In this document: piece by piece, positions 20,293 to 31,165 of the stretch
How the letters are laid out: each line of letters begins with the position of its first letter
How positions within the stretch are numbered: position 1 is the stretch's first letter
Virus record (IMG/VR): IMGVR_UViG_3300034061_003631
Coordinates: 11-64,010 of that record
Reading direction: 5' to 3' (one strand)
Origin: a virus
Lineage: Duplodnaviria > Caudoviricetes
Length of the DNA stretch: 64,000 bases
Notes under the pieces: model-generated
What the model saw: the letters and a program-made list of their open reading frames with translations, nothing else
Databases searched by the model: none
Told to the model about the DNA's origin: nothing
Program-made: the position numbers and the translations under genes

Positions 20293-20718
20293 TCACTTGT
20301 AGATAGTTTGTGCGTTTCTATAAAACTCTAAGTGGTTTTTTAATTTATGCGGAGTTTGTAATATTTCTTCCAACATAAATTTTCTATTTTTTGGTGATAA
20401 TGAATTAAAAAGCCCTGTTAAAGCTTTTAAATCAGATTCACTAATATTTATATAAGTTTCATTCTTCAATTTTAAACGATTATTAAATTTTAAATCATAT
20501 TTTTCAACAAATTCTATAAAATAATTTAAATCTTCATTTGATTCAGTAGTTTCTGTTTTATTGAAAAAATTATTGTGTAGCTGCTCATTTACTTCTGAAA
20601 GAGCATAATTTAATTTTAAAGATAAACAATCGGTAAGACTCTTTTTAAAAGCCAAATCTTCCTCTAATAAAAGATCTTTAATGCCTTGTTTTAATATTAG
20701 GGATGAAAGTTCATTCAT
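20293..20718 (-). CDS. Prohead core-like protein (gp67/gp68 position)
   Basis: Position after gp20; LKLKNETYINISE...LFNSLSPKNRKFM. Confidence 0.55.
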   Translation of the reverse strand: MNELSSLILKQGIKDLLLEEDLAFKKSLTDCLSLKLNYALSEVNEQLHNNFFNKTETTESNEDLNYFIEFVEKYDLKFNNRLKLKNETYINISESDLKALTGLFNSLSPKNRKFMLEEILQTPHKLKNHLEFYRNAQTIYK

Positions 20719-22274
20719 TGTTGTTGCCCTTCAGTTTGAGCTTGCATCTGCTGTGCCATTATTTGTTGCATTTGCTCTTGTCTCATTTTTTCAATATCAA
20801 CCTTCATTTGTTGATCTATTTCTTGAATATCTTCATCAGTTTGTTTTAGAATCTTTCTTCTAATAAACTCTGAAGAGAAATACTTACCAACATAAGGTTC
20901 TACAATAGATAGCATCTTAATTCTTTCAGCTAAAATTTCTGATTCTTTTAAATCCCAGAAATAATTATCGGTATTGTATACAAACTTAATATGTTCTTTG
21001 AGAACAGTCCAATCATCTTCTGTTATTACTCCACGTAGAAGCAATTGTACACGTAAAAAGTCATAGAATAACTTAGAAAAATGTGTTCTCAGTCTCTCAA
21101 TAAATTTATAAAATTTTACTTCTTCTCTGGTAATTTCCACAGATCTTCCCATATTAAATCCGGTTTGATCTGCTACTAAACGACTCAATGGAACGTTTAA
21201 AGAATTATAAAGTTTCTTTTTAAAGTAATCAACGTCCTCAATTTGGGACATAGCATTGCCACCCGGCAATGTAGTAATTTGTGTTCCTTGTGAACCTTCT
21301 CTTCTTGGAAGCCAATAATCTTCCAAAACAGAAAGATGATTTCTTTCATCACGAATTTCACCACTGTTTTGATTATAGATGATTCGATTTCTAAATCGAC
21401 TCATCATATCACGCATATACTGTTCAGCTTTTTGTTTTGGCAATTGTCCCACGTCAACATAAAATACTCTGCGTTCTGGTGCGCGAGCTACGCGGTAAAC
21501 TAGAAGAGCATCTTCTAGTTGTCTTAGCATGTTTAATGACCTTATGGCTTTGTGCAGATATCCCAAGACGCGCTTGGTGTTCATGTCAATTACACCAGAT
21601 GGAACGTAAACAACGCTGTCCAAAGAAAGGTGTAAACCACCAGGTCCAGTCAAAAGATAGGAATCTTTATCGGAATCAGTATAAAGATAATATTCTTCAA
21701 TTTCTTTGATCAAAGAAACTGGTTGATGAAAACCTTTTTGTGGTTCTTTTTTTACTTTACGAACCTTTTTAATTTTCATCGGATCAATTGGTAATATTTC
21801 TTTGATGCCTTCTTGAGGATTGTCTTTATCTATGACAATATTATAAAAAAGTTTTGAATCAATATACCATCTTCTAAAAATTTCATAACCACGATCTTGA
21901 AAATCTAATAGACTTACAATTTTATCAAATTCTTTATAAATTTTAGTTTTGATTGCTTCGGATATTGGAACTTCTCTCAAATCCATTTTAACTGGACGTT
22001 TTTCAGTTCCTTTGACAATCGCAGAATTAACAATTTCTTCAATTGCATTATCAATTTCTGGATATACAGCCATATTTCTATACTGTATTACGGAACTAGA
22101 TTCGTCTTTTAAAGTTCCAGTATAATCAATTGCGCTACTAAAAAAGCCACCAGCTTCAACAGTTACGGTACCATCGAAAGTTTCTGGTACTGAAAACTTT
22201 TGTAAAACCTCTTCTTGGTTTTGATCTGCGGTTTTTTTCTTTCCAAACTCAAATCCAAATAGTTCAATTTCCAT
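20715..22274 (-). CDS. gp20: Portal protein gp20
   Basis: YRVARAPERRVFYVDVG, EDYWLPRREG, ITREEVKFYKFI. Confidence 0.98.
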   Translation of the reverse strand: MEIELFGFEFGKKKTADQNQEEVLQKFSVPETFDGTVTVEAGGFFSSAIDYTGTLKDESSSVIQYRNMAVYPEIDNAIEEIVNSAIVKGTEKRPVKMDLREVPISEAIKTKIYKEFDKIVSLLDFQDRGYEIFRRWYIDSKLFYNIVIDKDNPQEGIKEILPIDPMKIKKVRKVKKEPQKGFHQPVSLIKEIEEYYLYTDSDKDSYLLTGPGGLHLSLDSVVYVPSGVIDMNTKRVLGYLHKAIRSLNMLRQLEDALLVYRVARAPERRVFYVDVGQLPKQKAEQYMRDMMSRFRNRIIYNQNSGEIRDERNHLSVLEDYWLPRREGSQGTQITTLPGGNAMSQIEDVDYFKKKLYNSLNVPLSRLVADQTGFNMGRSVEITREEVKFYKFIERLRTHFSKLFYDFLRVQLLLRGVITEDDWTVLKEHIKFVYNTDNYFWDLKESEILAERIKMLSIVEPYVGKYFSSEFIRRKILKQTDEDIQEIDQQMKVDIEKMRQEQMQQIMAQQMQAQTEGQQQ

Positions 22275-22296
22275 ATATGTATTTAGAACGACTTTA

Positions 22297-22875
22297 TTAT
22301 GGTTCGGCTGTTAACCTGTTTCCAGCGTTATAAGCGCCGGAATAAAGTTTAATGTAGTCAAAAACCAAAACAACAGTAAATTGATTTAACGTATTTGGGG
22401 TGGCCATATTTAAATTTACGTCCATTATAGCTCTGGGCCATACACCAAACATTTCAAATGTTTTTAATGAAGGGTCTATTTCGCCATTCAAATTTAATTG
22501 TTGAACTGTCCACGAATCAGCTTTATAATTTTTAAATGAATCTGAAATATTGTTGCTGTGTTGGTTTATTTGATTATGCCAATAGCTAAACTTTTTCCAC
22601 ATATCATAAAGTTCTGGAGTATCGTCTATGACAGCAACGCTCCACGCTGGATATTGTTTTTCTCCAGGATAATACCCTTTACGACCAAAATAATTATATT
22701 CCATTGTTAACGTTGACAAAGCTGGCATTTGCGTAGCTCTTATATGAAATTTACTCACAGAAGAAGGACCACCTCCCTGTACCTCTCCATAAGGAAAATT
22801 ACCAGTTACAACAAATCTATTTTGTCTTGTTCCACCACCGAATGCTGTTTTAAAATCATTGATATGTATTGTCAT
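22297..22875 (-). CDS. gp19: Tail tube protein gp19, copy 2
   Basis: FKTAFGGGTRQNRF, WTVQQL, FTVVLVFDY. Confidence 0.85.
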   Translation of the reverse strand: MTIHINDFKTAFGGGTRQNRFVVTGNFPYGEVQGGGPSSVSKFHIRATQMPALSTLTMEYNYFGRKGYYPGEKQYPAWSVAVIDDTPELYDMWKKFSYWHNQINQHSNNISDSFKNYKADSWTVQQLNLNGEIDPSLKTFEMFGVWPRAIMDVNLNMATPNTLNQFTVVLVFDYIKLYSGAYNAGNRLTAEP

Positions 22876-22877
22876 GG

Positions 22878-23447
22878 TTAAATACCCTTTACAATTTCAA
22901 ACCAATCAAAAGTTAAAACAACGCTAAAAACACATTGATCGGCTTTTGCCATATCTAAGTCCAACGCACTTATTTGACTTGGCCAACAATTAATTAGCTT
23001 AATAGTTCTAATGGGCGGTATGCTAGCCGAAGGGCTACCATTTAATCCAAGTTGATTTACAGTCCAGTCAACTTGCAAGTCGCCATAATCAAAATCGCTA
23101 CCAGCAACAGTGTGAGTTACGTGACCGTCTAAAAGTTCTTTCCACTTATTAAAAGCTTTCCATAAATTTTGTGTATTATTATCATCGTATACGGATACAG
23201 TCCAAAAACCATAAGCCCGATCACCAGCAAAATTTAATAGTCTGCCACGATATGGGACTTGAATCGTTCCTAACTCGGCTTTTGGTAAACTTGCAGCAAA
23301 TATTTTAAATTTAGTTTCATTTGCCGGAACACTTATCCCCGTAGCAGAACCACCAACGGTAGTTGGAAAGGCACCTACAACTTCAAATCTGTTGGCTCTT
23401 GTTCCACCACCAAAGGCAGTTTTAAATGCTGTAATTGAATTACTCAT
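22878..23447 (-). CDS. gp19: Tail tube protein gp19, copy 1
   Basis: GGTRANRF, VPYRGRLLNFAGDR, WTVSVYDD, NCWPSQIS. Confidence 0.92.
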   Translation of the reverse strand: MSNSITAFKTAFGGGTRANRFEVVGAFPTTVGGSATGISVPANETKFKIFAASLPKAELGTIQVPYRGRLLNFAGDRAYGFWTVSVYDDNNTQNLWKAFNKWKELLDGHVTHTVAGSDFDYGDLQVDWTVNQLGLNGSPSASIPPIRTIKLINCWPSQISALDLDMAKADQCVFSVVLTFDWFEIVKGI

Positions 23448-23452
23448 TTATT

Positions 23453-24754
23453 TTATGATCCAGAAACTGAAACTGTTACTGTATAAGATGTTGTTGATAA
23501 TATTGGTTTTACTGTTACGCTAGCATTTAAAGTAGAACTGTTATCTGTGTTATTGGTTGTGTCACAAATAATTTGTGTATAATTTGTATCAATATAATTT
23601 GATATTGTTGATATAAATGATTCTATTTGTGTCGATGCCGATGATCTTGTAGTGCTATTATTTAAGCTGAAAACATATTTTAAGAGAATTGCATTAACAT
23701 TTTTTTGAATGTAATTTTGTAAGTATGCTGGACCAACTCTTTCTCCAGATGTGTATGTAAATCCTGCTGCAGCAGTTGCTCCAACAAGATCAGATCCCAA
23801 GAAATAACTTGTAGATGTACCAGTATCTACTTTTGTATAAAAATTAACTCGATTTTTCTTGTACACATTTTTTGTACTATCATCAGTCCAACTGACAATA
23901 TTGTTAATTTTTGTGTTAAGTGGTGTCGAAAAATTTGAACCAGCAACAGTTAATGGCAAACTATTTGTATTTTTAGATCTAGTAAAAGCCCCAGCTACAT
24001 CGGAAACAGATGAGATTGTGTATTCTAAACTTGTTCCGCTCTGCAAGCTATCTGTAGCAAAACTTGCTTTGAAGCTTTGGGCACCAACATTAAAGATTCT
24101 ATCCGATGCTGTTGCACCTTCGCTATATGGAACAAAAGCTGGACCCATAAAAGAGTCATAATTTATAGCAGTAAATCCTACACCATTTAAAGTCGATGCA
24201 AATACACCAAAAATGTAATCATTATCTCTTACAAAAGATACGTTTGAAGCATTTCCGGTTTGGCCCAAGAACAAATCAAGACCGTTTGTATTTTCATTTA
24301 GATAGTCTTTCAGACCACTAGTAGAGCCTGCAATTATTAGATTACCGCCGTATGCCAAATAATTTAAAGCGTATATGAAATCATATCCATTATTTTTTGG
24401 TGTTACTACAGTTCCTGCATACGAGAAGAATCCATGAGTACCACCCTCGGTGGTTTTGGATATTAAGCAATAAGTCACACCCTGCAAAAGGTTTAAATCG
24501 TTTATAAATGAATTGTAATCTGTATACAAAAGATAAGTTTCGCCTGTATTTCCTCTGGTTGGGTTTGCAAGCTGAGTTCTACCATAGATCAACCACCCGA
24601 AAAGACCACCTGGGTCATTTGAAGTGGCAGAAGAGGCCCCGTTAAACGTTGGCTGAACATATGTTGACCCAGCCAACATACCCGCATAGAGAGGATTTGT
24701 TGTTAGTTCGTTGCTAAAAATTAATGGTGCAATAAATGAATTTAGCGTTGGCAT
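23453..24754 (-). CDS. gp18: Tail sheath protein gp18 (short, divergent)
   Basis: ALNYLAYGGNL; C-terminal YVFSLNNSTTR...IICDTTNNT...TVKPILS; lies between gp17 and gp19. Confidence 0.72.
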   Translation of the reverse strand: MPTLNSFIAPLIFSNELTTNPLYAGMLAGSTYVQPTFNGASSATSNDPGGLFGWLIYGRTQLANPTRGNTGETYLLYTDYNSFINDLNLLQGVTYCLISKTTEGGTHGFFSYAGTVVTPKNNGYDFIYALNYLAYGGNLIIAGSTSGLKDYLNENTNGLDLFLGQTGNASNVSFVRDNDYIFGVFASTLNGVGFTAINYDSFMGPAFVPYSEGATASDRIFNVGAQSFKASFATDSLQSGTSLEYTISSVSDVAGAFTRSKNTNSLPLTVAGSNFSTPLNTKINNIVSWTDDSTKNVYKKNRVNFYTKVDTGTSTSYFLGSDLVGATAAAGFTYTSGERVGPAYLQNYIQKNVNAILLKYVFSLNNSTTRSSASTQIESFISTISNYIDTNYTQIICDTTNNTDNSSTLNASVTVKPILSTTSYTVTVSVSGS

Positions 24755-24787
24755 CGTTTTACCTTAGTTATATTATTATTTAGAAAT

Positions 24788-26431
24788 TTATGCCGGATAC
24801 CAAATTACCTCCCCATCAGAAAATTTGTCTTCGTCGTCAAAAGGATTTAACATAAACAAGGTATTATCTTCTTCTGGATCTTTGGCATTTTCAAAATTTA
24901 ATTTAGCAGACTCAATTAAATCTGAATAATATTCTTGACGACACAACCAAGCAAAAAATACTAACGTCATGACCATGTCATCATTGTGACCTTCGTCCGC
25001 TTTAAAAGTATTTGATCTGGATACGAAAGTCATCAATTCATTTATGATTCTTTCGTCATTTAATAAAATTTTATCTTCTTCAATTAATCTTTTTAAAATA
25101 GAACATCCTAGTTTTTTTGTTTGAGCTGTTGTCCTGAGACCAAATTCACTTCTGTTACTTGCAAATCCTTGGGACAACATTTGCCCTTTTCGACCTTTTA
25201 TAATGGTCATCAATAAATTTTCATATTCTAAATCATTATATAATATAGAGGCCACTTGCCCACCAATATCATTTGTTTCTACTAATACATAAGCATTATT
25301 ATATTTTTCAGCAACATTTTTTATTACTGTTGGAAAATGAAAAGGGCTAACTGTGTTGTTTTTGTATGTTGCAACAACTTCATACGGTGTTTTACTTCCG
25401 TTGACAACTGTTATGGCGGAATAATCTGATCCCTGTCCCCTAGATACATCTGCCATGTTAAAATAGATATCATCTTTATTTGGCTCTTTAAAAATTCTCA
25501 GACCTTCTTTATCTTCCGACAAAAACTGTTCCGAAGCTAAAACATTTAACTTTGTAGAAGATATTAAAGTATTTGACGAACCTAAAAAGCTACAACCATA
25601 TTCTTGTTGAAACTGCTCTTCGCTAGTGTTTGCTATTTGTTCTGCTGCCCACTTATCATCTCTTCGTGGTCCGCCTGGGGTTATTGGAACGTCCCGCCAA
25701 GAAACTTCTATTGGTACGAATTTATTTTTAAGTTTATGCCCCTCAGGTCTATTTGCATCTATCCAAAGTTTGTGAAAGTGATTCATTCCATTTGGGGTTG
25801 ATACAATAATAAGTTTAGTGGTAGTTCCCGCTGAAATAGTCGGATAAGTAGACGAATAAAATTCTTCTGCTACGTGAGAAGGCAAGAATGCGTATTCGTC
25901 AAGAAGAAGTAAATTAAAAGAACCACCACGGATTGCACTTGAAGAAGTTGCATCACATATTACTCTAGAACCATTTTCTAGTTTAAATGATGTTTTGTTC
26001 CATTCCACAACACCTTGTTGTAAAAACTGTGGTAAATTTTCATAAGCCAATTGAAGTTTTGCAAACAACTCGTCTTTGGCTGTTTTAAGTTTGTTTGCAA
26101 GAATTGCCACGCTAACGCTTTGATTAAACGTAACATAATGACAAATATAACCAATTACAGAAGTAGACTTACCGGATTGGCGCGGCCACTTTGAAATTGT
26201 AAATCTGTTGGCGTGTATTGTATTGACGAATCTTTGTTGATAATCGTATAATTCGAAGGGCATTACACCTTTATCAAGAGTTTTAACTTTTACATATTTT
26301 TTGCAAAAATATACAGGGTCATTGGCACAGCGAACATATTCTTTTAACTGTTCTTCTGTATAATTTAATTGAATCCCCGGTGGTTTTAATTTTGGATTAT
26401 TTCGGTAACCCTGGTTATTGTTTTGGGACAT
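24788..26431 (-). CDS. gp17: Terminase large subunit gp17
   Basis: PRQSGKST, LLDEYAF, STPNGMNHF, DVSRGQGSDYSA, HNDDMVM. Start taken at MSQNN. Confidence 0.98.
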   Translation of the reverse strand: MSQNNNQGYRNNPKLKPPGIQLNYTEEQLKEYVRCANDPVYFCKKYVKVKTLDKGVMPFELYDYQQRFVNTIHANRFTISKWPRQSGKSTSVIGYICHYVTFNQSVSVAILANKLKTAKDELFAKLQLAYENLPQFLQQGVVEWNKTSFKLENGSRVICDATSSSAIRGGSFNLLLLDEYAFLPSHVAEEFYSSTYPTISAGTTTKLIIVSTPNGMNHFHKLWIDANRPEGHKLKNKFVPIEVSWRDVPITPGGPRRDDKWAAEQIANTSEEQFQQEYGCSFLGSSNTLISSTKLNVLASEQFLSEDKEGLRIFKEPNKDDIYFNMADVSRGQGSDYSAITVVNGSKTPYEVVATYKNNTVSPFHFPTVIKNVAEKYNNAYVLVETNDIGGQVASILYNDLEYENLLMTIIKGRKGQMLSQGFASNRSEFGLRTTAQTKKLGCSILKRLIEEDKILLNDERIINELMTFVSRSNTFKADEGHNDDMVMTLVFFAWLCRQEYYSDLIESAKLNFENAKDPEEDNTLFMLNPFDDEDKFSDGEVIWYPA

Positions 26432-26855
26432 CTTTAACAACCTCAGCTTCAATCACTTCTTTTTCAGTGCTTCTATCTTTATTTAACAAGTTTTGAAGAT
26501 CTTTGGTTGAACCAACAAATACAGCATTGTTTGTTTGTTTTACGGTTGTTTTATCTGTTCCAGTTGTTGCTTTTGCTTTTTTATGCACATCTAAAACGTT
26601 ATTATTCAAATCTGCCATAGTTTTTAATAAGATTGCAACAACTTCAAAGGCTCTTGGAGAATCTGATTCAGTTGCAACCTTTAAAGCGCTTTCCAGAGCA
26701 ACATTACCATTTTGAATAAGATCTTTTAAATTTGATTGAACTAGTTCATAATCTTTTTGAAAATTACCAAGATCAAATGTACCACCAGAAATTTCTTTTG
26801 ATGGTTTTTCATTTTCGTTTGGTAAATTAAAAAACTGTGTTAAATTTTTATTCAT
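26415..26855 (-). CDS. gp16: Terminase small subunit gp16
   Basis: ESDSPRAFEV, NNAVFVGSTKDLQ. Start taken at MNKNL. Confidence 0.92.
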   Translation of the reverse strand: MNKNLTQFFNLPNENEKPSKEISGGTFDLGNFQKDYELVQSNLKDLIQNGNVALESALKVATESDSPRAFEVVAILLKTMADLNNNVLDVHKKAKATTGTDKTTVKQTNNAVFVGSTKDLQNLLNKDRSTEKEVIEAEVVKDVPKQ

Positions 26856-27522
26856 CGTATTCCACACCAAAAGAAAATCCAGCAGTTGTAATGGCACTTA
26901 TGCCTGTATTGACTTTTCCGTAAATATAGCTCTTCGCAACAAACGATAAAGATGATATGTTTATTCTTCTATTACCAAAGTCACCATCAAATCTTTCACT
27001 TATATTGCTTGAAGTCATTATAATTGGAATTTTTACATTGTCTTGAACATCATTTAAATCTAATTCAATAACGTGATCAGGGTTAAAATAAGGTATTATT
27101 TGTTCAACAATTTGCAAAGTATCATCTATGTGTCTCGTATACACGTATAAACTAAAACCTATATTTACTGGAACTTGTTCGTTTATTGAATCGCCCGTTG
27201 ACAAACATTGACCGCCCGATTGTGAAGAAGAAAAAATGGGCATGGTTTTAACTCTTCTTCTTGAGGCATCAGGAGTTATAGTTGTCATGATATAACTCAT
27301 CTTAGGAAGTTGTGTTTCTATCCTAGTGTTATCATTAATTGAAGATGGTTCTAACAATCTTCTAATAAATTTTTCTTGTGGGGCATAAGTAATCGGAACA
27401 CGAATATTTAATGGATTGTTTATATTATCTGGATTTTCATGACTAACATAAACATTATTAAATAATGCGCCAAATCCCACAACCATTTTTCTTAAACTTT
27501 TATTGTAAAATTGCGTAAACAT
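26848..27522 (-). CDS. gp15: Tail sheath stabilizer gp15
   Basis: FGALFNN, VPITYAPQEKF, LQIVEQIIPYFNP. Confidence 0.93.
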   Translation of the reverse strand: MFTQFYNKSLRKMVVGFGALFNNVYVSHENPDNINNPLNIRVPITYAPQEKFIRRLLEPSSINDNTRIETQLPKMSYIMTTITPDASRRRVKTMPIFSSSQSGGQCLSTGDSINEQVPVNIGFSLYVYTRHIDDTLQIVEQIIPYFNPDHVIELDLNDVQDNVKIPIIMTSSNISERFDGDFGNRRINISSLSFVAKSYIYGKVNTGISAITTAGFSFGVEYDE

Positions 27523-27528
27523 AATTTT

Positions 27529-28179
27529 TTAATCGCATTCAGCAAAAGGGTTATTGGGATCGAAAGTATATCCTGCGGCTTCTGTTTGAAGTATATCGTT
27601 AGACCCAGCTGTTGTGCCTAGGCCATTGTTTAGTGGGATGATGTTGGAACCAGAAAGCCCTCTTGTATTTGATACAAGAGCATCAACCGCATCAATAGAT
27701 GTAGACATTTTTTCGTAACTGTAAGTAAAGAGTTCTGCTGTTATAAAGTAAGAATACAATCTTCCAAGTGGATAAAAAGGATTTTCGTGTTCTACAAAGT
27801 TTATTTCAAATAATGATTTTGAAGGTGGAAAATAAATTAAATCGCCTTCGCGGGGTCTTGTGATTGAACTGTTTTTATCTGTTACTTCTTGCTTAAATCT
27901 TTTTCTAGCAAAAACTAAATTTACTTTGTCTTTTATTTCCAAACCAAACTGAGTAATTACATCATTTCCTTCAAAGCCTTTAAATGATTGAAGATACATT
28001 TCTAAAACATATGCATTGTCAAAATAAGAACCAGGGTCTTCACCAAAAATTTTATCAATCGAAAGATAGTCTCTTGGAATGTAGTAACAATCCACACCAG
28101 TAGCTTGAATAATTTCAATAGTTATTCCTTCTACTAAATCTTGTTCACCTTGATAATTTTGAAAGTATGGGTTTTTCAA
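27529..28179 (-). CDS. gp14: Neck protein gp14
   Basis: EQDLVE, YIPR, RPREGDLIYFP, FVEHENPFYPLG. Confidence 0.93.
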   Translation of the reverse strand: MKNPYFQNYQGEQDLVEGITIEIIQATGVDCYYIPRDYLSIDKIFGEDPGSYFDNAYVLEMYLQSFKGFEGNDVITQFGLEIKDKVNLVFARKRFKQEVTDKNSSITRPREGDLIYFPPSKSLFEINFVEHENPFYPLGRLYSYFITAELFTYSYEKMSTSIDAVDALVSNTRGLSGSNIIPLNNGLGTTAGSNDILQTEAAGYTFDPNNPFAECD

Positions 28180-28182
28180 AGT

Positions 28183-29013
28183 TTATCCTATAAGTGGATC
28201 AGGTGGCAATTCTTGAGTCTTAGTCAGCATTACTTCAATCGTATTGAGTTCATTTACCGCTTCAGCCATGATTGCCGCAGCATTAAGCTGCGCCCCACCG
28301 GGTAGTGGAACTCCAGCAAATTTCATTAAATTTTGAGCCCATTGCTTCTTTAAAAGAGCTGTATAGTATTTTTTAAATACTCTGTCTTGCCAAACTTTTT
28401 GATATTGGTTTGGATCTATTTGCACATAAGCTTCGACCAATAAATATGAACCAGGAATTAAAGTAGAGTTGTCCATATCCAAAGTTAATCTATCTGTTGT
28501 TCTTGTATAAGTGTATGAAACTGGATAATTAAAAACATCATTTACAAGTTTCAAATAACTCATTGATTCCATATAATTGGCCATTGGACCAATGTTTAAT
28601 CCACCTTGATTAAAATAAAGACCAAAGAAATCAAAAAGGGTCAATTGGTAACGCAGATCAAACATATAATCACCAGAAACATCAGATGGTCTATAGACTT
28701 TAGTGATTGTTCTTATGTCGGTTGCAAGGGGCCAATCACCAGTAACACCTGTTGTTGGATCATATTTTGGCTGGGCGCCCACAGCACTTCCAAATGTTGT
28801 AGTATCAAAATATTTGTTAGCAACATCGCTTTGAGATATTTGATACAAAAATAAAGCTCTTTGATTAAAATCAAAATGCCTTTCATACATATACTCCAGC
28901 GCTTCATCTAAACGGTCTTGAGCCTGTTGGGGATCTATATTTACTTGAATAACCGGAGCACCAAGTGATCTAAAACAGTAATCGATGAATTCTTGACGGG
29001 TTGTTGCTGCCAT
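28183..29013 (-). CDS. gp13: Neck protein gp13
   Basis: LGAPVIQVN, KKQWAQNLMKFAGVPLPGG. Confidence 0.94.
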   Translation of the reverse strand: MAATTRQEFIDYCFRSLGAPVIQVNIDPQQAQDRLDEALEYMYERHFDFNQRALFLYQISQSDVANKYFDTTTFGSAVGAQPKYDPTTGVTGDWPLATDIRTITKVYRPSDVSGDYMFDLRYQLTLFDFFGLYFNQGGLNIGPMANYMESMSYLKLVNDVFNYPVSYTYTRTTDRLTLDMDNSTLIPGSYLLVEAYVQIDPNQYQKVWQDRVFKKYYTALLKKQWAQNLMKFAGVPLPGGAQLNAAAIMAEAVNELNTIEVMLTKTQELPPDPLIG

Positions 29014-29021
29014 AAAATTAT

Positions 29022-29465
29022 TTATGAATTTTCAATTATTTTATTAATTTTATCAAACATCTCTTCTTTTTGTTTGTTAACAGAAACTGTAAGTTGTACT
29101 TTTTGAATATTTTGAGGATCCATGTTTTCTACTTTTCGTTTTCTGCTAATGCTTTCTTCGGGGGAGTGGGGATCATAATTTGTAAACCCGGGCATTTTGA
29201 GGGGACAAGTTAAATATGGATAATCAAGTTTTGAATATACGCCTGGTTCTCTCAAAAGCCATGTGTGTTTATGGTCACCGCAACCACAACCACCACAATA
29301 ATAAAAATTTGATTTACTGCTTTGTTTCAGCATATGGCATGGTGAAAGATTGTCTAAACCAAAGCAGGAAACATATCTTAATTTTTTAACATCATCACCA
29401 ATTTTATTATTGTCTTTGCCCCGAGAGGCTATAGACATAGCAAACATCATAATTTTTGTTATCAT
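29022..29465 (-). CDS. Cys-rich hypothetical protein
   Basis: C...PC...YCGGCGCG...KLDYPYLTCP; similar Cys pattern to 52300..53028. Confidence 0.65.
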   Translation of the reverse strand: MITKIMMFAMSIASRGKDNNKIGDDVKKLRYVSCFGLDNLSPCHMLKQSSKSNFYYCGGCGCGDHKHTWLLREPGVYSKLDYPYLTCPLKMPGFTNYDPHSPEESISRKRKVENMDPQNIQKVQLTVSVNKQKEEMFDKINKIIENS

Positions 29466-30085
29466 GGAGTTTCGTATATAATATAAGTTCCAGCTGGATA
29501 AACTGATCTATTTAAAAATGGTTTATATTTTTCTGGAACATTTGCCCTAACAATCATAAAACCAGGACTTCCTGTTTGAACTTTGCATTGTGAAATTGGA
29601 AGATTTAAAAGTGTAGTTAAAACATATTTTACAGAATCACAACTACCTTTTATATTAAAATAATTTTCATCAACATTTAATGCAAATTTTTTAATATTTG
29701 GAAGCAAATCATTTAAGTCTGAGGTTGAAGAAAAATCTTCATAAGGAAAATATTTATCAGCTAAAGCTTCTAAAAATTTATTTTTAATAGAAAAAGGGCA
29801 TTGTATATTTTCCCAATCAACTTTACCACCATATCCATAATCTTCACTAAAAAGCCATCTTAGATAAGATTTTACTATTTGGACAATCAATACGTTTGAA
29901 GAATCTTGTTCTGCTTTTTTATAAATCCAATTTGGAAATAAAGATTTAACTGTTAGTTTATCGCCAAACCAAGGATTTCCTGAAAGATTATAAAAATTAG
30001 AACCAAGAATAGCCTGAACAGATTCGACCATCTGTTTTATTTTTATCTCTAAAGAAACTTGAATTTTGTTAAATAATAAAATCAT
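29462..30085 (-). CDS. Short baseplate wedge gp7-like protein
   Basis: LFPNWI, IVKSYLRWL, YFNIKGSCDSVKYVLTTLL, VYPAGT resemble the gp7 core; follows gp6. Confidence 0.55.
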   Translation of the reverse strand: MILLFNKIQVSLEIKIKQMVESVQAILGSNFYNLSGNPWFGDKLTVKSLFPNWIYKKAEQDSSNVLIVQIVKSYLRWLFSEDYGYGGKVDWENIQCPFSIKNKFLEALADKYFPYEDFSSTSDLNDLLPNIKKFALNVDENYFNIKGSCDSVKYVLTTLLNLPISQCKVQTGSPGFMIVRANVPEKYKPFLNRSVYPAGTYIIYETP

Positions 30086-30088
30086 TTT

Positions 30089-31165
30089 TTATTGAGAATA
30101 AATTACGTTAATTCCCGCAACGGCTCTTTCTGCAATATAAGTCATAAGTTGGGATATTATTGTTGTGTCAGTAACACCATCAACATATACTTTTATTGTT
30201 GATGGTTCATCTGCGTTTGCTACAGTAACATTAGACTCACTTGCTATAACTATTCCAGAAGCAAGAATTGCAGTTTTAAAGTCATTTAATGTGACACACC
30301 TGTGTTGTGCAGTAGCAGCAAAATTAACTTTTGATCTAGCCAATCCAACAGAAAGGTTATCGTAACCTCCAGTCGGAGTGTTTATTGTTAAAAACCCTAG
30401 ATAAGAATTGCTAGTTTGTATTGTACTTTCATTGCCAGCTGATCCATCTGATATTACTGCCGTACAAGAAACTGTATAATCTGTAGTTAGATTAAAAGAT
30501 TCTGGCAAATTTGATGTAACCAAATATCCGTTAACTGTGTTTAATACTGTAAAATAATAACCTGTGGTGGTTAATGCTATATTAGATTTATCAACCTTTT
30601 CCCACTGTATCAAATTTCCAGAAGAGTCTACGGTTTTCATTGTAATTGTAGAAGGATCTACAGTTAGCGGCAGTGCCATTGATTGCGTTGTAAAATCCCA
30701 GTTTGTATATTCAACTGCCTCCGTACCACAGTAAAAAGTTATTGTGTCAATTGCATTTGCAGGAAGTTCTTCGGTGTTAAAAAACAATAAAGACGATCCG
30801 CTTGTGCTAGTTGCTTGAAATGGAGTATATGCTGATAAAGTTGCGCCATATACAATTACATTTCTTGTAGTTGATGCTGATTTTTTAACTTCTAGTAAAA
30901 CAGACGAGTTCGAAGCTAAACCAACAATAGAGGGCAAAAGTGTAGCGGTACTTAAAAAAGATTCTTTATAACCCATTTGGGCATAAATTCCATTGTATGC
31001 AGTAGCTGTAGCCAAAATATTTACAAGCATATTTACCGCACTGGCTTTATTTTCATAATCTAAATCTGCTAAAGTCGGTTCTGATTTTAAAAATGTAGTT
31101 AAAGATTGAACAATATCATTGTAATCTAAAGAAGCTACATCTAAATTTTTAAAATTTAAAGTCAT
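30089..31165 (-). CDS. gp6: Baseplate wedge gp6-like protein (short)
   Basis: LDYNDIVQSLTTFLK, DYENKASAVNMLVNILA, ESFLSTA, AQHRCVTLNDF. Confidence 0.8.
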   Translation of the reverse strand: MTLNFKNLDVASLDYNDIVQSLTTFLKSEPTLADLDYENKASAVNMLVNILATATAYNGIYAQMGYKESFLSTATLLPSIVGLASNSSVLLEVKKSASTTRNVIVYGATLSAYTPFQATSTSGSSLLFFNTEELPANAIDTITFYCGTEAVEYTNWDFTTQSMALPLTVDPSTITMKTVDSSGNLIQWEKVDKSNIALTTTGYYFTVLNTVNGYLVTSNLPESFNLTTDYTVSCTAVISDGSAGNESTIQTSNSYLGFLTINTPTGGYDNLSVGLARSKVNFAATAQHRCVTLNDFKTAILASGIVIASESNVTVANADEPSTIKVYVDGVTDTTIISQLMTYIAERAVAGINVIYSQ